From the IMG/VR virus record IMGVR_UViG_3300043465_002420: a stretch of DNA of 64,000 nucleotides; one strand, written 5' to 3'. Shown here piece by piece: positions 1 through 10,300 of the stretch. The position numbers and the translations under genes were made by a program. Within the stretch, counting starts at the first letter, position 1. Every line of letters begins with the position of its first letter. The stretch is from a virus. A model generated the notes under the pieces. The model ran no database searches. It saw only the letters and a program-made list of their open reading frames with translations, and was not told the DNA's origin.

Positions 1-135
1 ATAGATCCTATCAAAAAAAATGAAGTTGCCGAAATATTTAAGTCTCACAAATTGAAATTCAAAGTTGTTCCAGACCAATTGGCATCGCAAAAAATTCATA
101 ACAGAACTCCATCTGAAAAGGTGGAAACAAAATGA
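1..135 (+). CDS. 3' end of a hypothetical protein (5' end outside window)
   Basis: Frame 1 is open from base 1 (IDPIKKNEVAEIFKSHKLKF...VETK) to TGA at 133-135 and overlaps the next start as ATGA. Confidence 0.5.
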   Translation: MDPIKKNEVAEIFKSHKLKFKVVPDQLASQKIHNRTPSEKVETK

Positions 136-3100
136 TAGATCCAAAACTGGTGAAAAAATGGGATATAGTTTTCGCTCTACAAGAAAAGGGATGTGGGTAT
201 TTCGCAACATATGAAGCAGTAGTCATTGTGCCACGACCTTGTACCGGAGGGTCAAGTGCTTATTGGACTCTTGCTTCTCCTTGCCCAGATGGTTGCACAT
301 CTTCTCCTCCTCCTCAATTGCCAACAAATCCTCCATGCGATCCTAATTACCCTGACAATGGAACGGAAAATGACATAATCGGGTGCTGCGAAGGTATAGT
401 TTCAGTCGAATGCTCCGGCACTTGCTGTAAATGCGGTGGTGTAGAGTGTTTGACAACGGAGACATGCTGTGACGATGTTTGTGTGAACTTACAAACAGAT
501 CGTGACCACTGTAATTCTTGTACCACCCCTTGCAATCCAGATCAAGACTGCTGTGATGGCGAATGCAAAAACATATACGAAGACAGCAATAATTGTAATG
601 GTTGCGGAAATGTTTGCCCTGAAGCTACACCAACTTGCTGCAATGGTGATTGCTGCACGACAGCGAATTGTTGTTTCGTTGATGACATCCTTACTTGTAT
701 TGATGTAACAAACAATCATGATCATTGCGGAAGATGCGACAATCCTTGTGCAGCCGAAGAAACATGCTGTTCTGGTGAATGCGTCAACACACAGACAGAT
801 AATGAGCATTGCGGATCATGTCCGAATGCTTGTCCTGTCGCATTCACATGCTGTTCTGGTGTATGCAAAGAATTATTTGGGGATGATCGTTTAAATTGTG
901 GCGATTGTGGCAAAACTTGCGTTGTAGGAGAAATATGCAAAAACGGTGTTTGCAAAGACGCTTGTGCTGCGAACGACTGCGAGTTTACTTGGGTTGATCC
1001 TCCGGGTTGTTGTAGCCGTTATGTCTGTTCGACTGAAAATGAGTATGCGTTTTCTTCTTCATACACTTCAATTACAGATTGCTCTGTCGATAGCCCTCCA
1101 AATATACCTTGCGATGGAAGCCCAGAATCTACAGGTTATTTTTACCTTACATGGAGTCCAGAGCCGTGTTGTACTGGATCTTGTCAATCTTTTTGTCTAG
1201 AACCAACTTGCACTTGGTCAGGTCCAGAAAACTCTACTTGTGGAGAGGGTTGTGCTTGCCAATCATTTGAAGGTCAACCTTGTGCATGTGGAACACTCAG
1301 AGACGATCCATGTATAAGAACAGTAGTACCTCCCGGACAATGGAATGCAACTGCGACATGTCCACAAGGATGCAACTGCCCCGGGAACGCCCCAATACAA
1401 AATGGAACAAATGGTCAAGTAGTCAGTTACGAATGCGTCAATTGCCTTGCTCCATGTGAAGCAGGAGAAAAATGCTGTTTCGGCACATGTAAAAACATAC
1501 TGACAGATCCTCTTAATTGCGGAGATTGTGGAAACAATTGTGGCGATCAGATTTTGGGAAACAAATGCTGTAATGGGAAATGCGTAAACATACTTACAGG
1601 GGATTTAAACTGCGGAGATTGCACAACTGTATGTCCATTTCCAGAAGTATGCTGCAATGGCGTATGCAAAAATCGTAACACTGACAATTACAACTGCGGA
1701 TCTTGCGGTTACGAGTGCCAGACTGGAATTGGGGAAACCTGCTGCAATGGGATTTGCGTAAACGAAAATACCGACAGAAACAACTGTGGCTCCTGCGGAT
1801 TTACATGTCCCAACGCAGATCAGTGCATTGATGGAAACTGCGTTCCATGCGTTCCTCCATGTCTAGAAGCTGGTACGGCTTGCTGCAACAATCAGTGCAT
1901 CGACATATTGTCTGACGAGAGCAACTGCGGTGGTTGCAATATACCTTGTGCTGGCAAGTGCTGCGGTGGCATTTGCGTATTAGATTTGAACACCATGTTT
2001 AACTGTGGTGATTGCGGAATAGAGTGTCCGCAATTGATCAACCAAATCAATCTGTGGCAGTGCTGTAACGGTCAATGCAAGAACCTAAAAACTGATCCAG
2101 AAAACTGCGGATTTTGCGGAAATGTATGTCAAGAACCTCCGGGTGACACATTTACAGTTCCAAAATGTTTCTTGGGAAACTGTGCGGAACCAGAATGCGA
2201 TTGTCAAGGATATGAAGCTGGAATGCCACCACAACCTGGGCCAGACGATGTGGCTTTCGTGGCTTCATGCGTTGGAAACACGGTAAGTTGTGATGGATCT
2301 TGTTATTTCAATGCTGTAGGCGGAGGATGGGTTCTGTATGAAGAGCCGGGCGGAACTGGATTTTCTGGTACCTGCGGAAAAGAACCAGATTACACATATT
2401 GCGTTGATGACAAATATGCATGTGTGGATGACAAATATGTTTGTGTCGGAGATATATATTATTGTGTAAAAAACATAGAAGGACAAGATATGCCAACTTA
2501 TTGTATACCTGCTGCATCGTTTAACGCTGAAACACAAGCACTAATCGGATCTTACATCGGAGCAGAAAACTGTGCCGCTGGTTGTAGCGGTGATGGAAGC
2601 GAGTGCGATCCTGCTTGTGGCAATGGATTAACCTGTTGTGATACACAATGCGTAGACACGCAAACTGACAGTGCCAATTGCGGTGGTTGTGGTGGCGGTC
2701 CTTGTGCTGCTGGCGAGGCTTGCAAAGATGGAGTTTGCACAGGATGTACGCCTCCATGTGCCGATGGTGAATCGTGCTGCGAAGGTGGAACGACATGCTG
2801 CGAAACTTGCTGTGCTGACGCATGTTGTCCAACTGGTCAATCATGTGTTGATGGAGTGTGTGCCACATGCGAACCACCTTGTACTGCTGGACAAACCTGC
2901 TGTGGAGGATCATGTTGTGATGCTGGAATAATATGCTGTGACCAAACATGTTGTGCTGAAGGTGAGTTCTGCGAAAACGGAAGTTGTGCAACATGCAACC
3001 CAGTGTGCTATCCAGACGAGACATGCTGCGATGCAACATGCGTTAGGTGGCAATGTGGAGAATGCCCAAATGCATGTGCTTCTGCTGAAATAGTTTGTTG

Positions 3101-4496
3101 CGGTTTGCCGGGTCAAGAAGTATGTTGTCCTGAAGGTCAAACTTGTGTTGAGAATGCGTGTTACGGATGTACACCTCCTTGTTCCGAAAGTCAGGATTGT
3201 TGCGATGAGGTATGCACAGAAGTTGGAACAGACACAAATTGTTCGGGTTGTGGTGACGCTTGTGGAGAAGGAACAAAATGCTGCGATAAAGTGTGTACTG
3301 CTACTGGAACTGACACAAACTGTTCGGATTGTGGCGATGCTTGTGCCGAAGGTCAGAGTTGTTGTGATGATGTATGCACAGAAATTGGAACCGACACAAA
3401 TTGTTCGGGTTGTGGTGATGCTTGCACAGACGGAAAATGTTGTGAGGGAGTGTGCAAAGAAACACAAACCGACAATGAAAATTGTGGCGATTGCGAAAAT
3501 GTATGTAATACAGCAGAAGGTGAAAAATGTGTTGCTGGAGTATGTGTTACTTGTGATCCACCTTGTACTGGACTTGATGTATGTTGTGATTTAACATGCT
3601 GCAAAGTTTGTTGCGGTCCAGAAGGTAGTAAGACATGCTGTGCTGAAGGAAAAATCTGTTTAAATGGTCAGTGTAGCGGTTGTGAACCAGAATGTACAGA
3701 ACCTGGACAAACTTGTTGCACCAATCCTAATCAGCCTAATCCTACAGAGGAGGAACCAAGTCCACCAATAGGACAATGTTGCCCTGCTGGAGTTCTTTGT
3801 TGTGCTGGTGGATGCTGCCCTAATGAAAATTTTTACTGTTGTGATAACAAAGTATGTTGCTTCAATGATCGTGCTTGTTGCAATGGAGTTTGCTGTGCTG
3901 AAGGTAAATTCTGCAATAATGGCGTGTGTGCTGATTGTAATCCAACATGCTACTCTGATGAAAAATGTTGTCCTGGAACTACTGGTAGCGGGGAATGTAT
4001 TAGGTGGCAATGTGGCGATTGCCCAAATGCATGTACACGATTCCAAACATGCACCAATAATGTTTGTTGCGATGCAGTAACGGAGGGTCCACTATCAGGG
4101 CAAACTGGTGTAGGTTGCGGAACTGTTTGTTGCGACCCCGGTATCACATGTTGCCGAGACATTTGTTGTTTAGACCCTGACGAAGAATGTTGCGATGGCT
4201 TTTGCGTAAATACCAATTCTATCGACAATAATAATTGCGGAGGTTGTGGCCAGCCATGTGTCGCTCCAGCAACTTGTTGTAATGGTTCGTGTAGAACAGT
4301 TTTTGCAGACACTTCTAGTTGCGGAAGTTGCGGGAATACATGTTCACTTGGAATGCTTTGCTGCCCTGATAACGGTGGCTGCGTTTACCCATCGTATTTA
4401 AATTGTGGTAGTTGCGGAAATGAATGTGAAGTAGGACAATCATGTTGCCCAGATGAACAAGGCGGTCACACATGCTTGGCTCAAGGTTCATGTTAA
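132..4496 (+). CDS. 1454-aa cysteine-rich repeat protein with ~20 STIG1-like motifs
   Basis: About 20 copies of C-x(4-6)-D-x(2-3)-[NH]C[GS]xCxxxC (e.g. CVNLQTDRDHCNSC, CKNILTDPLNCGDCG). Roughly one residue in five is Cys (by eye). No obvious signal peptide. Confidence 0.8.
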   Translation: MIDPKLVKKWDIVFALQEKGCGYFATYEAVVIVPRPCTGGSSAYWTLASPCPDGCTSSPPPQLPTNPPCDPNYPDNGTENDIIGCCEGIVSVECSGTCCKCGGVECLTTETCCDDVCVNLQTDRDHCNSCTTPCNPDQDCCDGECKNIYEDSNNCNGCGNVCPEATPTCCNGDCCTTANCCFVDDILTCIDVTNNHDHCGRCDNPCAAEETCCSGECVNTQTDNEHCGSCPNACPVAFTCCSGVCKELFGDDRLNCGDCGKTCVVGEICKNGVCKDACAANDCEFTWVDPPGCCSRYVCSTENEYAFSSSYTSITDCSVDSPPNIPCDGSPESTGYFYLTWSPEPCCTGSCQSFCLEPTCTWSGPENSTCGEGCACQSFEGQPCACGTLRDDPCIRTVVPPGQWNATATCPQGCNCPGNAPIQNGTNGQVVSYECVNCLAPCEAGEKCCFGTCKNILTDPLNCGDCGNNCGDQILGNKCCNGKCVNILTGDLNCGDCTTVCPFPEVCCNGVCKNRNTDNYNCGSCGYECQTGIGETCCNGICVNENTDRNNCGSCGFTCPNADQCIDGNCVPCVPPCLEAGTACCNNQCIDILSDESNCGGCNIPCAGKCCGGICVLDLNTMFNCGDCGIECPQLINQINLWQCCNGQCKNLKTDPENCGFCGNVCQEPPGDTFTVPKCFLGNCAEPECDCQGYEAGMPPQPGPDDVAFVASCVGNTVSCDGSCYFNAVGGGWVLYEEPGGTGFSGTCGKEPDYTYCVDDKYACVDDKYVCVGDIYYCVKNIEGQDMPTYCIPAASFNAETQALIGSYIGAENCAAGCSGDGSECDPACGNGLTCCDTQCVDTQTDSANCGGCGGGPCAAGEACKDGVCTGCTPPCADGESCCEGGTTCCETCCADACCPTGQSCVDGVCATCEPPCTAGQTCCGGSCCDAGIICCDQTCCAEGEFCENGSCATCNPVCYPDETCCDATCVRWQCGECPNACASAEIVCCGLPGQEVCCPEGQTCVENACYGCTPPCSESQDCCDEVCTEVGTDTNCSGCGDACGEGTKCCDKVCTATGTDTNCSDCGDACAEGQSCCDDVCTEIGTDTNCSGCGDACTDGKCCEGVCKETQTDNENCGDCENVCNTAEGEKCVAGVCVTCDPPCTGLDVCCDLTCCKVCCGPEGSKTCCAEGKICLNGQCSGCEPECTEPGQTCCTNPNQPNPTEEEPSPPIGQCCPAGVLCCAGGCCPNENFYCCDNKVCCFNDRACCNGVCCAEGKFCNNGVCADCNPTCYSDEKCCPGTTGSGECIRWQCGDCPNACTRFQTCTNNVCCDAVTEGPLSGQTGVGCGTVCCDPGITCCRDICCLDPDEECCDGFCVNTNSIDNNNCGGCGQPCVAPATCCNGSCRTVFADTSSCGSCGNTCSLGMLCCPDNGGCVYPSYLNCGSCGNECEVGQSCCPDEQGGHTCLAQGSC

Positions 4497-4529
4497 AAAA
4501 ACAGGCTTGATTTTCAAGCCTGTTTTTTT
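4495..4529. terminator. Bidirectional rho-independent terminator
   Basis: A7-CAGGCTTG-ATTTT-CAAGCCTG-T7 between convergent genes. Confidence 0.85.
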
Positions 4530-4548
4530 CTTTAATTTAGAATTTTTT

Positions 4549-4851
4549 CTATTCTTTGTAGGCTACCCATCGGTTACGAACAAATAAAAGATTTGCAAAA
4601 AAACCGCAAAAGGCAGAAATGAGATTTTCCGCAAACGGAACATATAGTTCGCCTACCGGATTAAGCACGAATGAAATTCCCAATGAAAACCAAAAACTGC
4701 TGCATTCATGACAAAGCATTGGAACATTGACATATGGTATCTTGGCTACCAAGTTTCTAAATGGTCTTGCAACATCGGTGTCGGACCAAGCATAAGCGAC
4801 ACCAAGACATGTGACTAAATAAATCAAAAATATCATAGGAAATAGACCCAC
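4549..4851 (-). CDS. Small membrane protein with CxxCxSxW motif (DUF1360-like)
   Basis: Hydrophobic segments flank LCHECSSFW. Confidence 0.55.
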   Translation of the reverse strand: MGLFPMIFLIYLVTCLGVAYAWSDTDVARPFRNLVAKIPYVNVPMLCHECSSFWFSLGISFVLNPVGELYVPFAENLISAFCGFFANLLFVRNRWVAYKE

Positions 4852-5252
4852 ATATAATCAAATTCTCGAACAACGGAGAAACTTCTAAATGTTTTTCCAG
4901 TAATAGTCTTGTTGAAATTAGCCCAAGCCTCATCACCAAGCTGAACCTTGAAGACTTTGCCTACAATTGAATTATTGACTCTTTTTAGCTTAATAGCTTC
5001 GAGTTCCTTGACTATCGCAGCCTTGTCCTTGTAATACTTTTCCAAGATATTTGGATCAGCAGTTACTTTATCGGAAAAGAACTTGCCAACCTTGCCCCTG
5101 CATGAACAGTTTGGGTTGGTCTTTAATGTTGTTAGGTCGGCAAGAATATCTGGGAATTCCGCCTTTAATTCAGCGAATAAAGTTTCATCCTTGATGATCA
5201 TATAAATAAGATCTGGCATCGTACCTAGATCTACAGTGATTGTAGTTTCCAT
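4833..5252 (-). CDS. Hypothetical protein
   Basis: 139-aa ORF with normal composition, tandem with neighbours; NPNCSCR motif. Confidence 0.65.
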   Translation of the reverse strand: METTITVDLGTMPDLIYMIIKDETLFAELKAEFPDILADLTTLKTNPNCSCRGKVGKFFSDKVTADPNILEKYYKDKAAIVKELEAIKLKRVNNSIVGKVFKVQLGDEAWANFNKTITGKTFRSFSVVREFDYMWVYFL

Positions 5253-5303
5253 AAAATTAATATAGTTTTATATTTTTATTTTTTTGATTTTTAAAAATAT
5301 TTT

Positions 5304-6666
5304 TTATAAATCAAAACAAATAGATCTACCGCCTCTAGCCTCAGACATGAATCGACTAAACAAAAGACCTTCAAATACTGGATCAACATCAGTAATTCCA
5401 AGACAATAGCAAATCAAAGAACCACAAGCACTTCCCCTGCCTGGCCCCACAGCTTGAGTTCCATCACCACCTATATTCTCTTTGCACCACTTTCTTGCCT
5501 CATCAGTCATCATTTTTTGAATAAGAAAATATGTACTAAATCCTTTTCGAGTAATAAGACTTAATTCTTCAATTATTCTGTCTTTATATTCTTTGGTCTT
5601 AGGCAAGTTTCTCTGCTTGAATCCTTGTATGACTAAATCTTTAAGCTTTTCGTCACAATCAGGCAAAATTGGTAATTTTAAACTTCTATCAAGTTCAACT
5701 CCTTTTGCCATTCTGCAAATCTCTACTGTATTCTTTTTAGCTTCACAAAAAATTTCATATGGAATAACATCACTATAATCTTTAGCCCATTTTTCGTTAA
5801 GTTCTTCCTCTGACTTCATCCATAAGTTGGCATCTTGCAATTCAAAAAAGTCTTTCATGGCATCTTCTTTCATTGCCTTTTGAATTTCTTGAATTGTTCT
5901 ATTTGTCTGTACCATTAACATAAGTCTTTGAAAGTGACTATCTTCCTTTCGACAATAATGACAATCATTTGTAAGAATTATTTTTAATTTATACTTTTCA
6001 TAAGCCTTGATGATAAATGCATCATAAGGCTTTTGTTTGACAAAATCTAAAAGCATAATTTCAAGAAAATAATTATCTCTACCAAACATCTCAATGTATC
6101 TTTCAATCATTTGAAATGCAGCTTCTTCACCACCAGAATCAAATGCTCTACCAACTTCGCTGTTATAGCAACAACTAGTAAAAAACAAACCTTCTTTATG
6201 TTTCTCAAGTTGTTCGTAATTTACTCTTGGCTTTCTATAAAATCCTTTTGTCCATCCCCAAGATGTAAGTCTTACTAGGTTTTTATAACCTATTTCACTA
6301 TGTGCAATCGCAAGAAGATGTGGACTAGCTCTCAATTCCTTTAATTCTATTTCGTTTAAGTTTTTAGAGAAATTTTGCATGTCTTGCAAAGAATCACTTG
6401 ATGGCTGTAACCTATTAACATATAGTTCTGCTGCGAATATAGGAGAAAGTTTGTTTTTACCAAACTTATCACAAATTTTCTCACAAGCTTTTATTTGTCT
6501 TGGAACAGCACCCAACATGCCATGATCACTAATAGTTAAAAAGTTTTGATTGATTTGGGTAGCTCTGAGTGAATATTCCTCACAAGTACCAAACCCATCT
6601 AAAACAGAAAAATCGGAATAACTAATGAAGGTGGAGATGTTCGAAACCGACAATCTCCACCTTCAT
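5304..6666 (-). CDS. dnaE: DNA polymerase III alpha, N-terminal half (PHP domain + start of palm); frame interrupted by a 7-nt gap at 6618-6624
   Basis: SD AAGGAG plus ATG 6666 gives MKVEIVGFEHLHLH then TAG. SDFSVLDG resumes 7 nt later, followed by TISDHG, AAELY, GFYRKPRV, LTNDCHY, GPGRGSACGSLICYCLGITDVDP and LLFSRF. The ORF ends before the catalytic PDxDxD. Confidence 0.85.
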
Positions 6667-6667
6667 T
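6624..6667 (-). promoter_or_regulatory. Hairpin spanning dnaE start codon to the gap
   Basis: Perfect 15-bp inverted repeat AATGAAGGTGGAGAT (6624-6638) / ATCTCCACCTTCATT (6653-6667), with a 3-bp upper stem and a GUUU loop in the mRNA. Confidence 0.75.
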
Positions 6668-6706
6668 GGAACTCCTTTCATAAATGTCATTGTTCAATCC
6701 TTTTGT

Positions 6707-6958
6707 TTACTTCCAGAGTTTATATTTTTCATACACTAGAGCTTCGCAATCCATAATTGCAATTCTTCTAGCGTACTTTCTTGGGGATAGGTATATTTTT
6801 TCGTCATCTTCATTAGATTCATCAGGCTTTACTTCACGCTCCATTGATATTAAATCATCAAGGATTTCAAGTGCTGTATTTTTTTCTATCTGATTAACTT
6901 TGTGAAGATGAAAAGCAAAAAACAATAAAAACAAAAAAGGAAAAATTAATTTTTTCAT
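6707..6958 (-). CDS. Hypothetical protein with hydrophobic N-terminus
   Basis: 83-aa ORF; ATGA overlap with the upstream small ORF. Confidence 0.55.
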   Translation of the reverse strand: MKKLIFPFLFLLFFAFHLHKVNQIEKNTALEILDDLISMEREVKPDESNEDDEKIYLSPRKYARRIAIMDCEALVYEKYKLWK

Positions 6959-7092
6959 TTTTGTTCTTTTTCAAAAAATGAATCATTGAAAGTGGCCATT
7001 TTGTAAATCACTCCCATTGCTACGGCTATTGAAACCAAAAGTATGGAAAATGAACCTACAAAAAATCCAATCCAGAAATTAAGATCAAACAT
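6955..7092 (-). CDS. 45-aa single-pass membrane protein (not in ORF track)
   Basis: SD AAGGAG, then MFDLNFWIGFFVGSFSILLVSIAVAMGVIYK...; ATGA overlap downstream. Confidence 0.6.
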   Translation of the reverse strand: MFDLNFWIGFFVGSFSILLVSIAVAMGVIYKMATFNDSFFEKEQK

Positions 7093-7165
7093 TAATTGCT
7101 ACTCCTTGTAGTGTGTCAAATCATCCTGATATAATATACCAAAAAAAATATCAAAGTAAACTAAT

Positions 7166-7387
7166 CTATTTTGCTTTGGTTAATGACTTTTGATCATCTG
7201 TTTGAGTTTTCTTCCATTTTTCAAATTCTTCTTGAAGAACTTGAGCCTGTTGCTCTAATTCTTTAAGTTTTGTTTGAGATTTATCGTAATAATCTTTTAA
7301 TTCTTGTTTTAATTTCTTCTTTTCACCATAAATGTCAGACACTTTTTGTGAAAAAGATACAAATTCTTCGCTCAATAGCCAATCCAT
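7166..7387 (-). CDS. Small coiled-coil protein
   Basis: 73 aa, K/E/Q/L-rich heptads, directly after spoVR. Confidence 0.6.
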   Translation of the reverse strand: MDWLLSEEFVSFSQKVSDIYGEKKKLKQELKDYYDKSQTKLKELEQQAQVLQEEFEKWKKTQTDDQKSLTKAK

Positions 7388-7395
7388 AATTCACC

Positions 7396-10300
7396 TTACC
7401 TTTTTGCTCGTATTCTTACATTTAAAGGATCATTGTCAAAACACTCAAAAACGATTTCGCTCCCATCATGACCTTTGGTCGATAGAAACACATCGTTTTG
7501 CCAAATAAACCTTAAAGAACAAAGAACATCACGAACATAAGGCTCGTATAGTGTTCTTCCCTCATAATTATGCTCCAACATAAGATAACCTTTGCCACGA
7601 TAATTTGGCTCAGTCAATCTAATATCTGGCAATCCACCATTAACATGCCTTGCCATAAGGAGTTTTTTTATTTTTTTATATTCATGACTTTCCAAGATTG
7701 TATCACCACTTGGATATTTTTTATATTCAAAATATTCTTGCTCTCTGCAAAAATCTTCAGTAAAAAATTCATGTATCAAAGTTAGATCATCGTAATACTT
7801 TCTAACTTCAAATATTTTTTCTTTTCCTAATTTTGCATTTGTATCCCAATTTTCTTTTTTGGTTGAATTTGTGCAATCATCCCATTCAGTTCCAAATTGG
7901 CCTTTATCCCATCTTTTTCTTATGTCCGAAAGAAGATTATAGCCTAGCTTATATGGATTAGTGCTATATTTTCCTCCAAGAACACCCATCTTATGTGCAG
8001 CATATTCTATGATTCCATCATCATGTGTTTTCTGGCCCAATGAAACATAACCCTGTTCTGCCATAATGACATGGTCGGTCATACTATTATGATTCATAAA
8101 TCCACAAGCCGAATATCGATGACTTGTTTCTACTGTAATGTCATACACTGTATCTTTTCCAATTTTTTCGATAGAAATAATTTCATCTTCAAGTTTTTGA
8201 TCAATAAACCATTTATGATTGTCAATATACTTCTTTAACTTTTGCTGTTTTCTAGATAATCCAAAACCTATTTGCTCATAATACTTTACCGCTTCCTGTC
8301 CGGTTATGCGTACATGCCAACAAGAATCTTTTTGTTTGCGTCTTGTTGATAATATGCAAAAATTCAACAAAACATTTTGTATTTGTCTGGAAAGAACTTC
8401 GCTTGCGGTGGAAAGAATAACACCAGCATCCCCCGCATAACCATCACAATCAAAATACGATCTTACAAAAGAAGCGATAACACTCTTGGGCGATTTAAGA
8501 ATAATTTCTGGTATTTGCTTAATCCTAGCACAGACTCCAGTTTTCATTCCCAAATAAACAAGTAGTTCTTCAAGTTCTTTTGAAGTTACAGAAATTCTAT
8601 ATCGACCATTTTTAGATGTGTCATCCCAACGAGATTTACAATCTATATTAAATAATTTCTTTGTAAGACGAATATAATTATCAGCTTGATCTTTATCTCC
8701 AGTTGTTAAGCCAAGAGTTCTCTTGCTTTTAGATATATGACCATCTCCAATCATATATCCAACAAATGAAGCAAATTCTTCATCCATAGAAAAAGGTAAA
8801 GATATACATTTTCTTTTATTTCTCATGCATGTCATAGACTGATCATCATATTGCTTGAGCAATTTGTCTAAATTGTCATTTTTTTCTTCACCTTTATAAT
8901 GATATTTTCTATAAACGACTTGAGACATAGTCGCTGATGCTTTTTTACAGATTTGCTTCAATTCTATCCTTTTATTGGGCAATTTATAATCGATTTTTTG
9001 ATATTTTTTCGTCCAAATATTTGAAAACGATATTTTAACTTTTTCTCCTACATTCATTTTATCAAGACGAACCCAATCATTATCACCCATAACTCTATGA
9101 TTATTTGAACCCTCAAAAACATATCCTCTTCTAGTTTCAATCCTATAAACATCACGATTTTCAAAAGTGAACCAATTTGTCACATTTCTAGATTTTTCAC
9201 CATCATAAACCATAACAGGCAACTTTTTATCAACAATTTCACCTAATGTCAAAATGCCCATATTTGTAGATACAAGAGAATCTCTTCGTCCGCAAGCCCA
9301 CCCCTCGTTTAATACCTTGGTTTGTCTCTGTGGGAAAAAATAAATTGATTCCTCATAGATCATAGACATAATATCTTGCTGCCATGGCTTCAATGGAGCA
9401 TTATCACGCAAGAATCCAAAAACATCTTTAACTGGTTCAATAAAAAATCCAAGCTCTTCTGCCAAATCTTTATCTTTAACCTTTTCGTTTTCTTTATCTT
9501 TAAAATCTTTGGTGTTGATATAAGAATCCATATAAAGTCTATCATTGCCAACTTTTAGTCGCCTTGGAAAACGATAATTTTTTTTATCAATAATGTTTTT
9601 ATCTTTAATTACTTTTTGATGCCAAGCTGATGCACCATCAATTAAATTGTCGATGCGAAGCAAATAATCAAGAAATTCAGTAACCTTTTCTTTACCCCAT
9701 CTAGCCATATATTTTCTTATACGACTCGCATGATTCGCCATGTTATTCAACATATTTGTGTCAGTGGCAGAAAAATGAATATTATTTTTAAAGAAATCAT
9801 TATGACCAGTAGCGTGAGCGATAACTGTCAAATGATCCAATAGAGTATTGCTATCTAAGCAATAGATGTAGCAAGGTGATGTATTATGGGTAATCAATCC
9901 ATATGCAATAAAATCATGAGAATCATGATCCAATGCAATATCAACAGTTTCGATCTCATCTCCATCAACAACATGCTCAACAACAAATAAAGGATTTGAA
10001 ATAATATCTTTAATTTCATTTGGAACACTTAATCCTTGATTTTCTGCTCTTTGTACAAATGAAGAAAAAGAATTAATCCCAACTTTTTGTTTCTCGAACA
10101 TTTTAATTGAATAACCAAGACTATGGTTGTTATATGTTGTGATTCCTACACTTTTTGCCCACATAATCAATTGTCGTTGAATGTAAGGCAACTCCATTCC
10201 AGAACTACGACAAAATTTTCTATCAAGTAATTTTTTAAGTAATTCTTGCTTATAGTTAAGCACAAAACCTATTCTATTGTAAAATTTATTTTCAGCCCAA

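Noticed and set aside
347-4312. Many antisense and alternate-frame ORFs inside the Cys-rich gene
   Set aside because: They are fully nested in a long ORF with coherent motifs and reflect codon bias of the repeat.
5210-5252. TMPDL in ORF 4833..5252 as the missing DnaE catalytic motif
   Set aside because: It lacks the DxD aspartates, and the rest of the ORF shows no DnaE similarity.
5304-5340. Split intein at the DnaE C-terminus
   Set aside because: Only about 4 residues follow the Cys; there is no intein N-fragment.
6622-6624. TAG reassignment (alternative genetic code) explaining the dnaE stop
   Set aside because: Reading through TAG stays in a frame that gives LFRFFCFRW and stops. TAG also ends genes cleanly elsewhere (38764, 44937), and long ORFs are intact in code 11.
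6618-6624. Group I intron in dnaE
   Set aside because: Seven nucleotides cannot form a ribozyme, and no placement of the gap ends in the required G.
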